DNA of 64,000 nt from Gemmatimonadota bacterium (GCA_016873995.1 VGVR01000012.1:11622-75621), one strand, 5' to 3'; numbered from the stretch's first letter, positions 52,077 through 61,695 are shown. Notes: a model not told the origin generated them from the letters alone. Made by a program: numbers and translations.

Positions 52077-52504
52077 AGGTCCTCATCGACACGAGCGCGT
52101 ACTCCAAACTCGGGCGGGGACACACCGGAATCGCCTTTCGCGTCCGCCGTGCCGAGGCCGTACTCATCTCTTCGGTCGTGGCGGGAGAGCTGCTGGGAGG
52201 ATTCCGGCGCGGAACCCGCTTCGAGGATAACTTCGCTGAGCTGGAGCGCTTACTCGCCCAACCGCGCGTCGAAGTCCTACCCGTGACGTGGACCACCGCC
52301 GACCGGTATGGAAGGATCTATGCGAGCCTGCGGCGCAAGGGCACACCCATTCCAACGAATGATATGTGGATCGCTGCTCACGCCATGGAGCACGGCGCCG
52401 AGCTCCTCTCCCCCGATCCTCACTTCCAGCACGTCGAAGGGTTGGTTTGGACGAATCCCGGTGAGGAGGGGGAGCCGAACCGGGTCGAAGCGCCCGACGC
52501 CTAG
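52067..52504 (+). CDS. vapC: PIN-domain ribonuclease toxin VapC
   Basis: 145 aa. Acidic quartet positions VLIDTSA, AGELL, TNDMWIAA, SPDPHF. Confidence 0.85.
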   Translation: MAVKVLIDTSAYSKLGRGHTGIAFRVRRAEAVLISSVVAGELLGGFRRGTRFEDNFAELERLLAQPRVEVLPVTWTTADRYGRIYASLRRKGTPIPTNDMWIAAHAMEHGAELLSPDPHFQHVEGLVWTNPGEEGEPNRVEAPDA

Positions 52505-53793
52505 CTCTTCACGATCCAGCCCGACCCGACGTCGCGCCCCGTTCGCGGCACCACGTGGCGTGCGTCGACCAAGACCTTCGACTTCTTCAGGATCCGGTCG
52601 TAGTCGAACGCCGAATGGTCCGTGATGATGACGACCGCGTCTGCGTTTCGCAGGGCCGCGTCGTTCAGCTTCACGGACTCGAGCAACTTGCCGTCCTCCT
52701 TCACGCTCGGGATGTGCGGGTCGTGGTAGTCGACGTGGGCGCCGTCGGCCTCGAGCAGCCGGATCACGTCGAGCGCCGGTGACTCACGCACGTCGTCGAT
52801 GTCACGCTTGTAGGCGACGCCGAGCACGAGGATGTGCGACCCGTTCACGGACTTCTTGTTGCGGTTGAGCGCGTCGCGGACCTTGTCCACGACGAAGATC
52901 GGCATCTCCGCGTTGATCTCGGACGCGAGCTCGATGAATCGCGTCTTGTAGTTGAGCGACCGCATCTTCCACGACAGATAGTGCGGGTCGACGGGGATGC
53001 AGTGACCGCCGAGGCCCGGGCCGGGGGTGAACTTCATGTACCCGAACGGCTTCGTGGAAGCAGCGTCGATCACCTCCCAGACGTCGACGCCGAGGCGGTC
53101 GGAGATGATCGCAGTCTCGTTGACGAGCCCGATGTTCACCGCACGGAACGTGTTCTCGAGGATCTTGGTCAACTCGGCCGCCTCGGCTGACGAGACCGGC
53201 ACGATCGTATCCAGGAAGCGCTCGTAGAATGCGACCGCGGCTTTCGTGCACGCGGGGGTGATACCGCCCACCACCTTGGGCGTGTTCTTGGTGTTCCACT
53301 TGGGGTTGCCGGGGTCGACGCGCTCGGGCGAGAAGCACATGTGGAAGTCCTTCCCGACCTTGAGCCCCGTCGCCTCGAGGGCGGGGAGCAGGATCTCCCG
53401 CGTAGTGCCGGGATACGTGGTCGACTCGAGGATGATGAGCTGGCCACGCCGAAGCGAGCCTGCCACAGACTCGGAAGCGGCGATGATGAACGAGACGTCG
53501 GGGTCGCGCGTCTTGGAGAGCGGCGTGGGCACGCAGATGGACACCACGTCGCACTCGGCCAGCCGCTTCATCTCGGTGGTGGCCTCGATGAGACCCTTCT
53601 TGCTTAGCTTGGCCACGTCCTCGGACGTCACGTCCTGGATGTGCGACTTGCCCGCGTTGATGCCGGCCACCACGCTCTTCTTGACGTCGAAGCCGAGCGC
53701 GGGGATGCCCGCTTTGGCCGCCTCCACCGCCAGGGGAAGGCCGACGTACCCGAGACCGATCACACCACACTTGGTTGCTTTCTCCTGGGCCAC
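52501..53793 (-). CDS. Nucleotide-sugar 6-dehydrogenase (UDP-GlcNAc/UDP-ManNAc dehydrogenase family, WbpA/WecC/TviB-like)
   Basis: CGVIGLGYVGLPLA NAD motif and GLGGHCIPVDP catalytic Cys. GTG 53793 proposed as the start (VAQEKATKCGVIG); the track start is 53898. The stop overlaps the vapC stop within the palindrome CTAG. Confidence 0.85.
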   Translation of the reverse strand: MAQEKATKCGVIGLGYVGLPLAVEAAKAGIPALGFDVKKSVVAGINAGKSHIQDVTSEDVAKLSKKGLIEATTEMKRLAECDVVSICVPTPLSKTRDPDVSFIIAASESVAGSLRRGQLIILESTTYPGTTREILLPALEATGLKVGKDFHMCFSPERVDPGNPKWNTKNTPKVVGGITPACTKAAVAFYERFLDTIVPVSSAEAAELTKILENTFRAVNIGLVNETAIISDRLGVDVWEVIDAASTKPFGYMKFTPGPGLGGHCIPVDPHYLSWKMRSLNYKTRFIELASEINAEMPIFVVDKVRDALNRNKKSVNGSHILVLGVAYKRDIDDVRESPALDVIRLLEADGAHVDYHDPHIPSVKEDGKLLESVKLNDAALRNADAVVIITDHSAFDYDRILKKSKVLVDARHVVPRTGRDVGSGWIVKS

Positions 53794-53852
53794 GGGTCTT
53801 TCGCCCTCGTCGTTCAGGGGTTGGGTTTGGTTTGGTCGGGTGCAGCGCGAAC

Positions 53853-54866
53853 TCAACGATAACGACTGGCCGCGGTCCCGGGGGCCACTTTCTTGCACCA
53901 GTCACCGTTCGCCAGGTACCAGTCCACGGTCTCCCGCAGCCCGCGAGCGAACGGAATCGACGGGGCCCAGGCGAGCTCGGCCCGAGCGCGGGAGGCATCG
54001 ATCGCGTAGCGGCGGTCGTGGCCCGGCCGGTCGCGCACGTGCTCGACGAGCGCCCGAGGCTTGCCGAGGATGTCGAGCACCTCGTGGGCCAGGCTCAGGT
54101 TGGTGCGCTCGCAGTCGCCGCCGAAGTTGTAGACCCGTCCGGCCCGGCCCCGCTCGGCCGCCGCGAGCAGCCCGGTGCAGTGGTCCAGCACGTGGATCCA
54201 GTCGCGCACGTAGAGGCCGTCCCCATAGATGGGCACCGGCTCGCCCGCCAGCGCCTTGGTGATCATCACGGGGATCAGCTTCTCGGGATACTGGTACGGC
54301 CCGTAATTGTTGGAGCACCGGGTCACGACCACGTCCAGCCCGTGCGTGGTATGGTAGGCGAGCGCGAGGTGATCGCCGGCCGCCTTGCTGGCGGAATACG
54401 GAGAACGGGGCGCGAGGGGCGTGTCCTCAGTGAAGCGCGGCGCGTCGCTCCGTCCGTCGGCAGGGTCTCGCCAGGGCAGCTCCCCGTAGACCTCGTCGGT
54501 CGACACCTGCACGAAGCGCCGCACGCCTGCGTCGAGTGCGACAGACAGGAGCGTGCCGGTGCCGATGACGTTGGTGCGGATGAAGGGTGCATCCTCGACG
54601 ATCGACCGGTCGACGTGCGACTCCGCCGCCAGGTGGAAGACCACCTCCACGCCGTCCATGCAGCGCCGCACGACGGCCGAGTCACAGATGTCGCCGTGCA
54701 CGAACCGATGGCGTGGGTCGCCCTCGATGTCGGTGAGGCTCTCGCGGTGCCCCGCGTACGTGAGCGCGTCGAGGTTCACGACTTCGGCGTCAGGCCGCTC
54801 CGAGAGCAAATACCGCACGAAGTTCGACCCTATGAACCCCGCCCCTCCCGTGACCAGGTACTTCAC
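53853..54866 (-). CDS. rfbB: dTDP-glucose 4,6-dehydratase
   Basis: Start reset to VKYLVTGGAGFIGSNF (GTG 54866, GTGA overlap). STDEVYG, YSASKAAGD, NNYGPYQYPEKLIP. Confidence 0.92.
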   Translation of the reverse strand: MKYLVTGGAGFIGSNFVRYLLSERPDAEVVNLDALTYAGHRESLTDIEGDPRHRFVHGDICDSAVVRRCMDGVEVVFHLAAESHVDRSIVEDAPFIRTNVIGTGTLLSVALDAGVRRFVQVSTDEVYGELPWRDPADGRSDAPRFTEDTPLAPRSPYSASKAAGDHLALAYHTTHGLDVVVTRCSNNYGPYQYPEKLIPVMITKALAGEPVPIYGDGLYVRDWIHVLDHCTGLLAAAERGRAGRVYNFGGDCERTNLSLAHEVLDILGKPRALVEHVRDRPGHDRRYAIDASRARAELAWAPSIPFARGLRETVDWYLANGDWCKKVAPGTAASRYR

Positions 54867-55612
54867 GCGGGGGTCATCTCGGTGAGCACCGGGTTGCCGC
54901 GGTCGTCCGCCACCAGTTTGGAGGCGCGATGCAGCGACGGGATCGTCCCTGCATCCGTCCACCACCCCTCGACCCGGTGATGCCGGATCGCACCCCATTC
55001 GATGTAGCGGTTGTTCACGTCGGTGATCTCGAGCTCGCCGCGCCTCGAGGGCGACAGCGTCTTGATGATGTCGAAGACGCGCGCGTCGTAGAGGTAACAC
55101 CCGGTGACGGCGAGCCGGCTGGGAGGCGTCGTGGGCTTCTCGATGATCTCCACGACACGCGCGCCGTCGACCCTCGCCACGCCGAAGCGCTCGGGGTCGT
55201 CGACCTCCTTCAGGAGGATCATCGCCCCGCTGGGGTCGCGCCGGAATGCATCGATGGCAGGGCGGAGCGGCTGCTGAAAGATGTTGTCCCCGAGAATGAC
55301 CACGATCGGCTCCCCGGCAGCGAAGAACTCCGCCAGCCCCAGCGCTTCCGCGATCCCGCCCTCCCCCTCCTGGTACGCGTAGCGCAGGTGCTGGAGGCCG
55401 AAGTCCCCCCCGTTGCGCAGAAGCTTGAGGAAGTCCCCTGCGCTGTCCCCGCCTGTGACCACCAGGACGTCCCGCACCCCCGCGTGCACGAGCTGCTGCA
55501 GGGGGTAGTAGATCATCGGCCGGTCATAGACCGGCAGGAGGTGCTTGTTGGTCACGCGGGTCATGGGCTGCAGCCGGGTGCCGAGTCCGCCCGCCAGGAT
55601 CACACCCTTCAC
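54863..55612 (-). CDS. rfbA: Glucose-1-phosphate thymidylyltransferase-like nucleotidyltransferase (short form)
   Basis: Start reset to VKGVILAGGLGTRLQPMTRVTNKHLLPVYDRPMIYYPL (GTG 55612, GTGA overlap). It sits between rfbB and rfbD. At 249 aa it is shorter than classical RmlA. Confidence 0.78.
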   Translation of the reverse strand: MKGVILAGGLGTRLQPMTRVTNKHLLPVYDRPMIYYPLQQLVHAGVRDVLVVTGGDSAGDFLKLLRNGGDFGLQHLRYAYQEGEGGIAEALGLAEFFAAGEPIVVILGDNIFQQPLRPAIDAFRRDPSGAMILLKEVDDPERFGVARVDGARVVEIIEKPTTPPSRLAVTGCYLYDARVFDIIKTLSPSRRGELEITDVNNRYIEWGAIRHHRVEGWWTDAGTIPSLHRASKLVADDRGNPVLTEMTPA

Positions 55613-56391
55613 GTCGCCCTCCTGAGGTCGCCGAGCAGGCTTCGCGCCGCCGCCGGTCCGGCAGCCACGAAGTTCGGGAACTTGGGCTCGCGCTTGTTGA
55701 ACCCCGGCTCGGAGCCGTCGGCCAAACAGACGACCCCGCCAGCTGCTCGGACCAGCGCCGTGCCCGCCGCCACGTCCCACTCGCTCTTGGGCACCAGCGT
55801 CCAGGTCGCGTCGGCGCGCCCGCCGGCGACGAGCCCCAGCTTGTACGCTACCGACCCGCACGCCCGCACGCGATAGCGACCGTCCGCCACGCCCTCCCAC
55901 TCCCCCCGCTTCATCTCGGAGCGGCTGGCGAGCACGGTGATGGGATCGCCGTCCAACGGCTCGGTGACGCGGGATGAAGAGCCATTGAAAGTCACACCGG
56001 TTTCGAGGGAGCCGACGACCAGCTCGTCGCTGGCCGGATTGTAGATGCCGCCCGCCACCGGCACGCCCCCCTCGACGAGCCCGATCGACACGCACCACTC
56101 GGGGATCCCCTCGATGAACTCGCGTGTGCCGTCGATGGGGTCGACGACCCAGACGCGGCGACGCGTCAGTCGTGAAGCGTCGTCCGTCGATTCCTCGGAG
56201 AGCCACCCCTCCCCGGGCTGCGGCAGGATCTGCTTGAGCACGACGTTCGCCGCGTGATCGGCCTCGGTCACGGGGTCTCCCGTTGCGGCCTTCCGCTCTA
56301 ACGCAACCGCACCAGGCGTGAACGGGCGCACGGCCGCGGCGGCCGCGAGGAGTCCCTCGCGGATGCGGGCGACGTCGTCGCGCCTCGTCAC
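55609..56391 (-). CDS. Inositol monophosphatase / CysQ-family phosphatase
   Basis: Start reset to GTG 56391 (GTGA overlap with the rfbD stop). Metal-binding motifs EESTD and WVVDPIDGTREF, plus WDVAAG. Confidence 0.8.
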   Translation of the reverse strand: MTRRDDVARIREGLLAAAAAVRPFTPGAVALERKAATGDPVTEADHAANVVLKQILPQPGEGWLSEESTDDASRLTRRRVWVVDPIDGTREFIEGIPEWCVSIGLVEGGVPVAGGIYNPASDELVVGSLETGVTFNGSSSRVTEPLDGDPITVLASRSEMKRGEWEGVADGRYRVRACGSVAYKLGLVAGGRADATWTLVPKSEWDVAAGTALVRAAGGVVCLADGSEPGFNKREPKFPNFVAAGPAAARSLLGDLRRAT

Positions 56392-57251
56392 CGGCTGCCC
56401 TCCGCGGCGTGCCCAGATCGACTCCGCAGATACGTCGCCAATGCGTCTCTCCAATGAGTCATCGGTCGGCCGAGGAGCGTCTCCGTCGCCGTCAGGTCGA
56501 GCACCGAGTACGCCGGTCGGCGCGCCGGGGATCCGAAGTCCACAGTCGAGATCGCTTCGATCGGTGTTCCGAGACGCGCGAGCTGTAGAGCCTCCCGCGC
56601 CAGCTCCAGCCGGGTGCACTCGCCTCCCCCGGCCACGTGCCAGATGCCGCGGGCCCGTCGCTCCAGGAGATCGAGCATCGCGGCCGCCGCGTGGGGCGCC
56701 CACGTGGGGCGACCCCCTTGGTCGTCGACGACGCGGAGGCGCTCGCCCCGCGAGGCCCGCCGCAGAATCGCCGGCACGAACCCGCTCTCGTCGCCGTAGA
56801 GCCAACTCGTCCGCACCACCAGCGCCGAGGGCGCGGCCGCAAGCGCTGCCCGCTCTCCGTCCAGCTTGGTGCGCCCATAGACGGACAGGGGCCCGACGTC
56901 GTCGTCCGGCAGATAGGGCGTGCGTTTGCGTCCGTCGAACACATAGTCGGTCGAAACCGACAGCAGCTGGGCGCCGACCCCCGAGGCCGCGCGCGCCACG
57001 TGCCGCGTGCCCTCCACGTTGACCGCACGTGCCTCGTCCGGCTCCGACTCGGCCCGGTCCACCGCAGTGTACGCCGCGCAGTGGAACACGGCGTCGGGCC
57101 GACTGCGCGCCAGGGCGCGCTCCACGGCCTGCTCGTCGACGACGTCGAGCTCGGGGTGCGACACGGCCTCGACCTCGTGGCCGCGCCCTCGGGCGTCGGC
57201 GACCACCGCGCGTCCGAGCAACCCCCCGGCACCGGTGACGAGGATCCGCAT
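56388..57251 (-). CDS. rfbD: dTDP-4-dehydrorhamnose reductase
   Basis: 287 aa. MRILVTGAGGLLG, VFHCAAYTAVD, STDYVFDG, YGRTKLDGE. Confidence 0.9.
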   Translation of the reverse strand: MRILVTGAGGLLGRAVVADARGRGHEVEAVSHPELDVVDEQAVERALARSRPDAVFHCAAYTAVDRAESEPDEARAVNVEGTRHVARAASGVGAQLLSVSTDYVFDGRKRTPYLPDDDVGPLSVYGRTKLDGERAALAAAPSALVVRTSWLYGDESGFVPAILRRASRGERLRVVDDQGGRPTWAPHAAAAMLDLLERRARGIWHVAGGGECTRLELAREALQLARLGTPIEAISTVDFGSPARRPAYSVLDLTATETLLGRPMTHWRDALATYLRSRSGHAAEGSR

Positions 57252-57282
57252 GGCCGAGCTTGCTGGAGCGAGTGGGTCCGGC

Positions 57283-58332
57283 TCAGCTCACCAAGGACTT
57301 GTAAAGCTTCCCGAGCTCTGCTGCGACCTTGGCCGAATCGACGGATTGCACGAACGCAGCGCCGGCCTTGAGCACCTCAGCACGGACGCTCGCGTCCTGC
57401 GCCAACCGGCCTAGCTCTGCGGCGAAGCGCTCCGGCTCGCCGGAGATCATGGGAAGCCGCTCGCCGAGCTCCTCCGACCAGCCGCCCACGCCCTCCTGGC
57501 GCTTCACGGTGGCGACGCCAGCCGCCAGGGCGATCAGCGCCGAGCGAGACCAGGACGACCAAGGTGACGCGTCGATGGCGAGATCGGCGGCCGCCCAGAT
57601 CGGTCCGGCCTCCGAGCCCCGCCCCAGGAAGTCGGCTTCGCCGAGGCCCAGCTCCTGCGCTTTCCACTGCGTCGAACCCTCGTGCCGACCCGACCCGAGG
57701 AAGAAGAGGTTCAGACCCGGGGTGGCCTTGAAGGCCAACACGAGCCCGGCGAGGACCTGGTCCATGCGGGCGCCGGAATCGAAGTCGGAGAGGATCGCGA
57801 CCGCGACCTCGCCCGCCTTGATGCCCAACTGCGCCCGCGCGTCCTCGCGGCTCGTGCGCCGCACCCGGTCCTGCACGTCGGCGACGTCGATCGAGCGCGG
57901 CAAGACCGTGACGTTCGACTCCGTGGCACCGTACGCCCGCTCGGCCAGGCCGCGGCTCCCCTCGTTCGGCACCACGAAGCGTGTGCTCGATGCACGGGAG
58001 CGGGCGCGCTTCTCCAGGTACCTGAGGATGCGCCCGCGCAGGTCCTTCTCGTGGTTCGGAGGATGGGTCACGGAGCGCACCACGGACGTGCCGGGAGGCA
58101 CGGCAAGTTGCGCCACCGCACCACCCCACGAGCCGAACGCATGCACGACGTCGGCCCCGTCCCGCGAGATGATGCCCTTCACCTTCGACACCGCACGGTA
58201 GGCGCCGAGTGGTCCTGCGAGCCCGAACGAGTCGGTCTTGACCTTGAGCTCCACGACGCGGCGAAGCAGGTCCTCGCGGCCGCCCAGCGCCACGACACGT
58301 GGGTCGAACTCCGAGCGAGGTAGGCGGCTCAA
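57283..58332 (-). CDS. Glycosyltransferase family 1-like protein (N-terminus atypical or short)
   Basis: 349 aa with a TTG start. It has a GT-B-like two-domain layout (ILSDFDSGARMDQVL...FLGSG...AADLAIDAS) but lacks the usual N-terminal GGxE loop region. Low-specificity call. Confidence 0.55.
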   Translation of the reverse strand: MSRLPRSEFDPRVVALGGREDLLRRVVELKVKTDSFGLAGPLGAYRAVSKVKGIISRDGADVVHAFGSWGGAVAQLAVPPGTSVVRSVTHPPNHEKDLRGRILRYLEKRARSRASSTRFVVPNEGSRGLAERAYGATESNVTVLPRSIDVADVQDRVRRTSREDARAQLGIKAGEVAVAILSDFDSGARMDQVLAGLVLAFKATPGLNLFFLGSGRHEGSTQWKAQELGLGEADFLGRGSEAGPIWAAADLAIDASPWSSWSRSALIALAAGVATVKRQEGVGGWSEELGERLPMISGEPERFAAELGRLAQDASVRAEVLKAGAAFVQSVDSAKVAAELGKLYKSLVS

Positions 58333-58413
58333 GATGCTGACGATCTCGTCGCCGAGAGCGAGCTGAGAACGTAGAGGATCCGAGGCCGGCTCATGGGATC
58401 CTCGTGGCGTAGC

Positions 58414-58629
58414 TCAGGTCTGGGAGACCGCGACCGGAGGGGCCTTCGTGATCTTGCCGGCGGAGAGACACCGCGTGCACACGCGCACGCGCCGACGTCG
58501 ACCCTCGCGGTCGATGATCTTCACCGTCTGGAGGTTCGGCAGCCAACGGCGGCGGCTCTTGTTGTTGGCATGGCTGACCTGATTCCCGGAGCCGGGTGCC
58601 TTGCCGCAGGTATAGCAGACGAACGCCAT
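58414..58629 (-). CDS. rpmB: 50S ribosomal protein L28
   Basis: 71 aa. [17 protein letters not shown] is the L28 signature. Confidence 0.93.
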   Translation of the reverse strand: MAFVCYTCGKAPGSGNQVSHANNKSRRRWLPNLQTVKIIDREGRRRRVRVCTRCLSAGKITKAPPVAVSQT

Positions 58630-58647
58630 CGGACGATTCCTTGTGCC

Positions 58648-59001
58648 TTAACGAACCAACTCGATCAGGGACATCTCGGCCGCATCGCCCTTCCGGTTGC
58701 CCAGCCTGAGGATGCGGGTATACCCCCCCGGCCGCTCGGCATACCGCGGAGCGATGTCGTCGAACAGCTTCCCCAGCACGTCCCGATCCTGAATCTTGCG
58801 GCCGGCAATACGGCGGGCGTGTACGTCACCCCTACGCGCGAGCGTGATGAGCCGCTCGGCGTACGGACGCAGCTCCTTGGCCTTGGTCGTCGTCGTCTCT
58901 ACTCGCTCGTGGCGGAAGAGCGACGTCGCCAGGTTGCGCAGGAGCGCCCGTCGGTGCGTCGAAGTGCGCGAGAGGCGCTTGCCTTTGTTGCGATGCCGCA
59001 C
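58648..59001 (-). CDS. rplQ: 50S ribosomal protein L17
   Basis: 117 aa. MRHRNKGKRLSRTSTHRRALLRNL...TTTTKAKELRPYAERLIT. Confidence 0.97.
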   Translation of the reverse strand: MRHRNKGKRLSRTSTHRRALLRNLATSLFRHERVETTTTKAKELRPYAERLITLARRGDVHARRIAGRKIQDRDVLGKLFDDIAPRYAERPGGYTRILRLGNRKGDAAEMSLIELVR

Positions 59002-59003
59002 GG

Positions 59004-60047
59004 CTACTCCTCCCCTCCGGTGGCCGCCTCGGCTTCCTGTTCGACGAAGAAGAGGCGCCCGTCGTCACCCTGCTCCAGCTGCATCCCGAAACGAAGGCCG
59101 TGCTCCTGCAGGAAGTCGGAGATCTCCTTGAGCGACTTCTTGCCGAAGTTCTCGATCTCGAGCATGTCGTCCTCGGAGCGCTGTACCAGGTCCCCGAGGG
59201 TCCGGATGTTTTCCTTCTGGAGCGAGTTGCGCGAGCGCACGGAGAGCTCCGCGAGGTCCTCGATGGGCCGCTCGAAGAGGTCCTGCAGGCGCTCAGGCAC
59301 GACGACCGAGTTCGGGGGCCCGATGTCCGGGAGACCATCGCCGCCGAAGTAGAGCATGTACTCGAGGTGCTTCCGCACGAGCCCCGCCGAATATGCCACC
59401 GCAGCCTGCGGATCGACGGAGCCGTCAGTCTCTACGTGCAGTGTCAGACGATCGAAGTCCGTGCGCTGGCCGACGCGGGTCTCCTCCACGGAGAAATTGG
59501 CGCGGCGCACCGGGTTGTAGATCGAGTCGATGCGAACCAGGTCCACCGGCGCGCCCCGCGGAATCGGGTGCGCGTCCGCCAGCACGAAGCCGCGGCCCTT
59601 GTTCACGTACAGCTCCATCGTGAGGGAGCGGTCGTCCTGCAGCGTGAACAGGTGGTGAGCCGGGTCGATGATGGCGGCGCCCGCCCCGGTATGGATGTTG
59701 GCGGCGGTCACGGCGCCGGCCTTCTCGACGTGCAGCTCGAGCACGAGCTCGTCCACGTCGGAATCCAGCGTGATGACCAGGGACTTCAGGTTCTGGATGA
59801 CCTGATGCACGTCCTCGACCACGCCGGGAATCGTCTGGTGCTCGTGCACGACGCCGTCCACCCGGAACGCCCACACCGCAGCCCCGCGCAGTGAAGAGAG
59901 CAGCACGCGCCGGACCGAGTTCCCCAGGGTGTGGCCGAAGCCGCGCTCCAGGGGCTCGATCAGGAACTGGGCCGAACGCGCGCCCGGCCGAGCATCGACC
60001 GCCTCGACGCGCTCGGGCAGAACCAGCCCGGTCAGATCTAGATCCAC
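59004..60047 (-). CDS. rpoA: DNA-directed RNA polymerase subunit alpha
   Basis: 347 aa. GFGHTLGNSVRRVLLSSL in the N-terminal domain and LSVRSRNSLQKENIRTLGDL in the C-terminal domain. Confidence 0.97.
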   Translation of the reverse strand: MDLDLTGLVLPERVEAVDARPGARSAQFLIEPLERGFGHTLGNSVRRVLLSSLRGAAVWAFRVDGVVHEHQTIPGVVEDVHQVIQNLKSLVITLDSDVDELVLELHVEKAGAVTAANIHTGAGAAIIDPAHHLFTLQDDRSLTMELYVNKGRGFVLADAHPIPRGAPVDLVRIDSIYNPVRRANFSVEETRVGQRTDFDRLTLHVETDGSVDPQAAVAYSAGLVRKHLEYMLYFGGDGLPDIGPPNSVVVPERLQDLFERPIEDLAELSVRSRNSLQKENIRTLGDLVQRSEDDMLEIENFGKKSLKEISDFLQEHGLRFGMQLEQGDDGRLFFVEQEAEAATGGEE

Positions 60048-60110
60048 GTTGTCCTCCAGAAGAACCGCGTAAAGTCCGTTGTCGCCGCCCCCAGTGGGTG
60101 GCGGCGCTCG

Positions 60111-60746
60111 CTACTTCGAGTACAGCTCGACGATCAGCTGCTCCTGCACCGGAAGCGGGATGTCGCTTCGGGTGGGCTCGCGCACCATCCTGCCGACGCG
60201 TGCCTTCTCGTCCAACGCGAGCCAGTCGAGCAGCGCGGGGCGGGTGCGTGCCTCCAAAGAGGCCTGGACCGCCAAGAGATCTTTCGAATCCGCCCTGACC
60301 GAGATCTCGTCGCCGGGCACCACCAAATAGGAAGGCACGTCCACAGTCCTGCCGTTCACCTCGACGTGACGGTGCCGGACGAGTTGACGCGCGGCGTTAC
60401 GACTGGAGGCGAAGCCCATCCGGAAGACCAGGTTGTCCAGACGCGACTCGAGGGCGACGAGCAGATTGGAGCCCGTGACGCCGGGCATGTGCGCGGCTCT
60501 CTCGAACGCGTTGCGGAACTGCTTCTCGTGCAGGCCGTAGATGCGCTTGACCTTCTGCTTCTCTCGCAGCTGGACCGCGTAGTCCGACTGCTTGCGACGG
60601 CGCTCCTGGGCGGGACCGTGCTGGCCCGGAGGATAGGCGCGCCGTTCGACGGGGCACTTCTCCGTGTAGCACTTCTGGCCCTTGAGGAACAGCTTCTGGC
60701 CTTCGCGGCGGCAGAGCTTGCAGACGGGTCCGGTATAACGTGCCAT
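60111..60746 (-). CDS. rpsD: 30S ribosomal protein S4
   Basis: 211 aa. [23 protein letters not shown]...[12 protein letters not shown]. Confidence 0.97.
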   Translation of the reverse strand: MARYTGPVCKLCRREGQKLFLKGQKCYTEKCPVERRAYPPGQHGPAQERRRKQSDYAVQLREKQKVKRIYGLHEKQFRNAFERAAHMPGVTGSNLLVALESRLDNLVFRMGFASSRNAARQLVRHRHVEVNGRTVDVPSYLVVPGDEISVRADSKDLLAVQASLEARTRPALLDWLALDEKARVGRMVREPTRSDIPLPVQEQLIVELYSK

Positions 60747-60781
60747 GCTTCTCGGTCGATCCTAGGTGGTGACGGTGGGGC

Positions 60782-61162
60782 TTAGACGCGGCGCTTCTTC
60801 GGTGGGCGGCACCCATTGTGCGGGAGCGGCGTCACGTCCTGAATCGACTTGATGAAGAGGCCGGCAGCAGCGAGCGCCTGGATGGCCGACTCACGGCCAG
60901 ACCCGGGCCCCTGCACGCGAACGTCGACGCGGCGGACGCCGAGGCTCACGGCCTCGCGACCCGCCTGCTCCGCAGCCACCGTGGCGGCGAATGGGGTCGA
61001 CTTCTTGGAGCCCTTGAAGCCCGCCTTCCCGGCGCTCCCCCATACGATAGCATTCCCGGCGCTGTCCGAGATGGTGATCAACGTGTTGTTGAAGGTCGCC
61101 TTCACGTGGGCGATGCCCTCCGACTCCACGACTCTCTTCGTCTTCTTGGTTCGCGTTACCAC
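60782..61162 (-). CDS. rpsK: 30S ribosomal protein S11
   Basis: 126 aa. [18 protein letters not shown]...[13 protein letters not shown]. Confidence 0.97.
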   Translation of the reverse strand: MVTRTKKTKRVVESEGIAHVKATFNNTLITISDSAGNAIVWGSAGKAGFKGSKKSTPFAATVAAEQAGREAVSLGVRRVDVRVQGPGSGRESAIQALAAAGLFIKSIQDVTPLPHNGCRPPKKRRV

Positions 61163-61189
61163 AGTCGATCGATTCCTTGGGTGCGAGCG

Positions 61190-61570
61190 CTACTTCTTGG
61201 TCGCCTTCTTCTTGCCTGCGATCGGACGACGTGCGCCCTTGTGCGTGCGCGCGTTGGTGTGCGTCCGCTGGCCACGAACCGGCAGCCCCTTGCGGTGGCG
61301 CAGCCCTCGATAGCAGCCGATGTCGATCAAGCGCTTGATGTTGATCGAGGTCTCGGTGCGCAGCGCGCCCTCGACCTTGTAGTTCCCCTCGATCTGGCGG
61401 CGCAGCCGTGCCACGTCGTCGTCGTCGAGATCCTGCGTGCGGCGATCGGGGTTCACGCCACACGCCTCGACGATCTGGCGGGCGCGTGTGCGTCCGATCC
61501 CGTAGATGTAGGTGAGGGCGACCTCGATCCGCTTGCCCCGGGGCAGGTCCACTCCGGCGATACGTGCCAT
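61190..61570 (-). CDS. rpsM: 30S ribosomal protein S13
   Basis: 126 aa. [26 protein letters not shown]. Confidence 0.97.
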   Translation of the reverse strand: MARIAGVDLPRGKRIEVALTYIYGIGRTRARQIVEACGVNPDRRTQDLDDDDVARLRRQIEGNYKVEGALRTETSINIKRLIDIGCYRGLRHRKGLPVRGQRTHTNARTHKGARRPIAGKKKATKK

Positions 61571-61578
61571 GTTCTAGC

Positions 61579-61695
61579 TCAGCCCTGTCTCTGCTTGTGC
61601 TTCGGGTTGCGAGGGCAGATGATGCGCACGACGCCCTTCCGGCGGACCACCTTGCAGTGCTCGCACAACGGCTTGATGCTGCTTCTGACCTTCAC
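61579..61695 (-). CDS. rpmJ: 50S ribosomal protein L36
   Basis: Below the 60-aa ORF-track cutoff; found by manual translation: (GTG)[37 protein letters not shown]-stop, 38 aa. Confidence 0.9.
   Translation of the reverse strand: MKVRSSIKPLCEHCKVVRRKGVVRIICPRNPKHKQRQG

Noticed and set aside
52802-54262. ORFs 52802-53998 (minus, 398 aa, other frame) and 53246-54262 (plus, 338 aa)
   Set aside because: They overlap the nucleotide-sugar dehydrogenase and rfbB. They are extremely Arg/Pro/Gly-rich with no motifs.
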